From: Candidatus Helarchaeota ASGARD archaeon Hel_GB_B
GTDB taxonomy: Archaea > Asgardarchaeota > Lokiarchaeia > Helarchaeales > HEL-GB-B
Assembly (NCBI GenBank): GCA_005191425.1
Contig: SUPR01000123.1
Coordinates: forward strand, 1-8,528
Direction: 5' to 3'
DNA: 8,528 bases
The notes beneath the pieces were generated by a model that searched no databases, was not told the DNA's origin, and worked only from the letters and a program-made list of their open reading frames with translations. Shown in pieces: positions 6,166 through 8,528 of this stretch (positions are counted from its first letter, which is position 1; every line of letters begins with the position of its first letter). The position numbers and the translations under genes are program-made.

Positions 6166-6707
6166 TAATCATTATTTATTTCTTCGATCTTTTTTCCATG
6201 GAGAGTAGGAATAACTCTTAATTTAGCATTTTCGAATGATAAATACAAATTTTTTCCAAAAAATAACCTGTCCAAAAATATAGCAAGAGCGCCACACTCA
6301 GATTGTGGTTGGTTGGAAATAGCAATATTAAAATTAGCCCATTTATAAATTTCATGAGGGACTTTTTGCGAACCTACGAAAATATATACATTTTTCTTTA
6401 TTTTACGTATCTTTTTTATAATAGATTTTTTTAATTTTACACCGTACATTGTAAGATGAATTAACAAGTCATCATTTTTTTTAATTTCATGGACTAATTT
6501 TTTCCATTTAGTACCCATTTCGATAAAGAAATTTCCACCCCAATTTTCATTCACATTTTTTACTGTTGACTTTATTTTTTCATCCCTAATATCAGTAATT
6601 ATCATCCCACTAGCACCTAAAGCTCTCGCAATTAAGGCAATATGCGTAGTCATTCTAGAGTCTCTTGCTGGCCTGTGCCCATATCGAACTATAATTATAT
6701 CTTTCAT
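6162..6707 (-). CDS. trm56: tRNA (cytidine(56)-2'-O)-methyltransferase, SPOUT family
   Basis: GHRPARDSRMTTHIALIARALGA, HLTMYG, VGSQKVP and NQPQSECGALAIFLDRL match aTrm56 motifs. Its stop codon overlaps that of the convergent mbf1. Confidence 0.93.
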   Translation of the reverse strand: MKDIIIVRYGHRPARDSRMTTHIALIARALGASGMIITDIRDEKIKSTVKNVNENWGGNFFIEMGTKWKKLVHEIKKNDDLLIHLTMYGVKLKKSIIKKIRKIKKNVYIFVGSQKVPHEIYKWANFNIAISNQPQSECGALAIFLDRLFFGKNLYLSFENAKLRVIPTLHGKKIEEINNDY

Positions 6708-6793
6708 TTAAGGTCAATTTTCAAAATGAATTTTATATAATTAAAAGCCATTGGATTTATAAATCTTGAATTTTTTCCTATTAATTGATTAGC

Positions 6794-7564
6794 ATGAGAG
6801 ATATTTTATTGTTGGAAACTATTTATGGGCCATTTTGGTACGATTTAATAACATTTTTTAGGAGTAAAATAAAAAATTTGTTTGAAGATTTAGAGTTAAA
6901 TATTGAATCAATTATTTTAACAGAACGAGGAAATATATATGTACGGTTTTCGGGGAGTGATGAAGAATTCGCCTATAATTTATTGAAAAAAGAATACCAT
7001 ATATGCCAGGAAATAGAGAATTTTAAAAGTGATTCTGTTTATTATGGAAAATTTATTGATATAAATAAATATGGTTATGGATTTTATGTGAATATAGGAG
7101 CATATATGGGTGATACATTTTCAGATGCCCTTATACCCCTTTATAAATTAAGGGAACAATTAGTAAATAACTCAAAGGTTTCTAGTCGTAAAATTATATA
7201 TTCATTTGGATTAATAAATCAGATGCCTGTAGAAGTCCAAATAAAAAAAATAGATTTTAGTTCTGCTAAAATTGATGCTGAATTCAGTAAAAAACAATTA
7301 AAAAAATTTAATAAATGGATTGATGCCGGTAATGACCGTGTTAATCTTGGTGGAGTATTAAAAAGAAAAATTAAGGAATCTTTAAAAAAGACAGGACATG
7401 AAGACGACATAATTAAAATAGAAAAATTAGGACTTTTTGAATATTCCATGGTCTGTAAAGAAGGTACATCTGCACCAGGTATAATAGCTCATATTGGGCC
7501 CAAATTACGAGGCATTGAGATGAATGCCTTTATACCCTCAAAAATCATTAATTTTAAAAAATAA
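6794..7564 (+). CDS. DUF2110 family protein (conserved archaeal, function unknown)
   Basis: GKFIDINKYGYGFYVNIG...ALIPLYKLREQL...GHEDDIIKIEKLGLFEYSMVCKEGTSAPGIIAHIGPKL matches my recollection of DUF2110 proteins, and the position next to trm56 fits. The start may be the TTG at 6785 or the ATG at 6794. Confidence 0.8.
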   Translation: MRDILLLETIYGPFWYDLITFFRSKIKNLFEDLELNIESIILTERGNIYVRFSGSDEEFAYNLLKKEYHICQEIENFKSDSVYYGKFIDINKYGYGFYVNIGAYMGDTFSDALIPLYKLREQLVNNSKVSSRKIIYSFGLINQMPVEVQIKKIDFSSAKIDAEFSKKQLKKFNKWIDAGNDRVNLGGVLKRKIKESLKKTGHEDDIIKIEKLGLFEYSMVCKEGTSAPGIIAHIGPKLRGIEMNAFIPSKIINFKK

Positions 7565-7565
7565 A
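7556..7565 (-). terminator. Oligo-U trailer / likely terminator of the tRNA
   Basis: UUUAUUUUUU immediately follows the discriminator base and overlaps the stop codon of the convergent DUF2110 gene. Confidence 0.45.
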
Positions 7566-7668
7566 TGGGCCGGGTGAGATTCGGACTCACGACCTTCGCC
7601 TCGTAAGGGCGACATCATAACCATTTATCTGCGATTTTTAGATAAAAATCGATCTAGACCACCGGCCC
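7566..7668 (-). tRNA. tRNA-Val(UAC) with a 29-nt D-loop intron; CCA not encoded
   Basis: Acceptor stem GGGCCGG/CCGGCCC plus discriminator A. Anticodon arm UCGCC-CUUACGA-GGCGA with the anticodon at 7605-7603. T arm GUGAG-UCCGAAU-CUCAC. The D arm GUCU-AGAUGGUUA-UGAU is restored after removing 7653..7625. Confidence 0.95.
7625..7653 (-). other. 29-nt BHB-type tRNA intron at about position 15/16
   Basis: Central helix GUCU/AGAU, bulges AG^A and AA^A, and intron stem CGAUUUUU/AAAAAUCG with one U-C mismatch at its base. Confidence 0.85.
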
Positions 7669-7742
7669 TTGATCATATATTTTATTTCAAAATATCTAGA
7701 ATGATATAAGAATATTTCTAAGAAATTATGTGTTTTTATTAT

Positions 7743-8207
7743 TTATAAACATTTAAAAATTTTATATAAAATTATTGCTGCAGAACCTAACACACTGATA
7801 TCAGAAGGGATATCTAGAGATACTGGTAGCCCATAGTCCATTTCTTGTTTAGAAAACCCAGATTTTTGCCCAGAAAAAGCAATTAGAACCTTTTTATTCT
7901 GTTTCAATAGGTCAATTACTTTCTCTTCATCAAAAAAGTTATCAGTATATCTTTTAGAAACACAAAGCAAGATTTCATGGGGTTGAATTAACTCGATTAC
8001 ATCGGAAATATCAGCAAAATAAAGTAAATTTTTATTATTTTTAAATGCAAGTTTGTGAGCAGCTGGTACTCCGCTCATTGCAGCAGAACCTTCTGCTTTT
8101 GAAATTATAATATTTCCAATATTGAACCCAAGGACAATATTTGCAAATTCTACTACTATATTTATTGAATTAACATTGTGTAATAATATATAACAATTTT
8201 CAGACAT
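7743..8207 (-). CDS. DUF2122-like SPOUT-superfamily protein (putative RNA methyltransferase)
   Basis: LHNVNSINIVVEFA...SKAEGSAAMSGVPAAHKLAFK...ADISDVIELIQP...IAFSGQKSGFSKQEM matches my recollection of the DUF2122/COG4080 pattern. Confidence 0.75.
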   Translation of the reverse strand: MSENCYILLHNVNSINIVVEFANIVLGFNIGNIIISKAEGSAAMSGVPAAHKLAFKNNKNLLYFADISDVIELIQPHEILLCVSKRYTDNFFDEEKVIDLLKQNKKVLIAFSGQKSGFSKQEMDYGLPVSLDIPSDISVLGSAAIILYKIFKCL

Positions 8208-8528
8208 TTTTTCTCATTTTTTCATTTGAAAATTTAATTGAATTTAGTAATATAAGAATTTTAATATTGTTGTAGGAAAAATTTTAAGAATTTACTTAAA
8301 AGATATGAAATTTTAAATTTAAACATATTTTTAAATAGATTGATCAAATTTTTTTTAATAATTTATTAAAATAATTATCGTGTGATAATATATTCTCCAA
8401 ATAAAATCTTTTCCTAATGAAAATTATTAATGTGTATATGGAGCTTAATACATTATTTTGATTGTATTATTTACATATAATTTATAATATGCAATAGTTA
8501 TAAAAAATATTTATTTTAATTATTTCAA

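Noticed and set aside
7219-7449. 76-aa minus-strand ORF
   Set aside because: It is an antisense shadow of the DUF2110 gene.
8208-8528. AT-rich right end examined for CRISPR repeats, RNA genes or ORFs
   Set aside because: I found no regular repeats, GC-rich stems or supportable ORF. It is most likely the upstream region of the DUF2122-like gene.

Overview
AT-rich archaeal chromosomal segment. An Asgard-like origin is inferred from the stand-alone Roadblock/LC7 gene and overall composition, but it is not proven. The window holds a housekeeping neighbourhood for RNA maturation and proteostasis: dnaG (minus strand, runs off the left edge), a small CxxC/His protein coupled to nop10, a Roadblock protein, a 3-TM orphan plus NAC, a TGT-C2/PUA protein, pan, mbf1, trm56, a DUF2110 protein, an intron-containing tRNA-Val(UAC) and a DUF2122-like SPOUT protein. 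The main discovery is that dnaG, which the ORF track misses, is interrupted by a 37-nt insertion (783-819) that shifts the frame and creates an early stop. The insertion folds with its flanks into a canonical bulge-helix-bulge (BHB) motif. Cutting at the standard positions of the archaeal tRNA-splicing endonuclease removes exactly 37 nt and restores the conserved VERPDVVGA motif. This is a candidate tRNA-type intron in a protein-coding mRNA, a phenomenon I know as well established only for crenarchaeal cbf5. A second BHB intron lies in the D-loop of the tRNA-Val in the same window.
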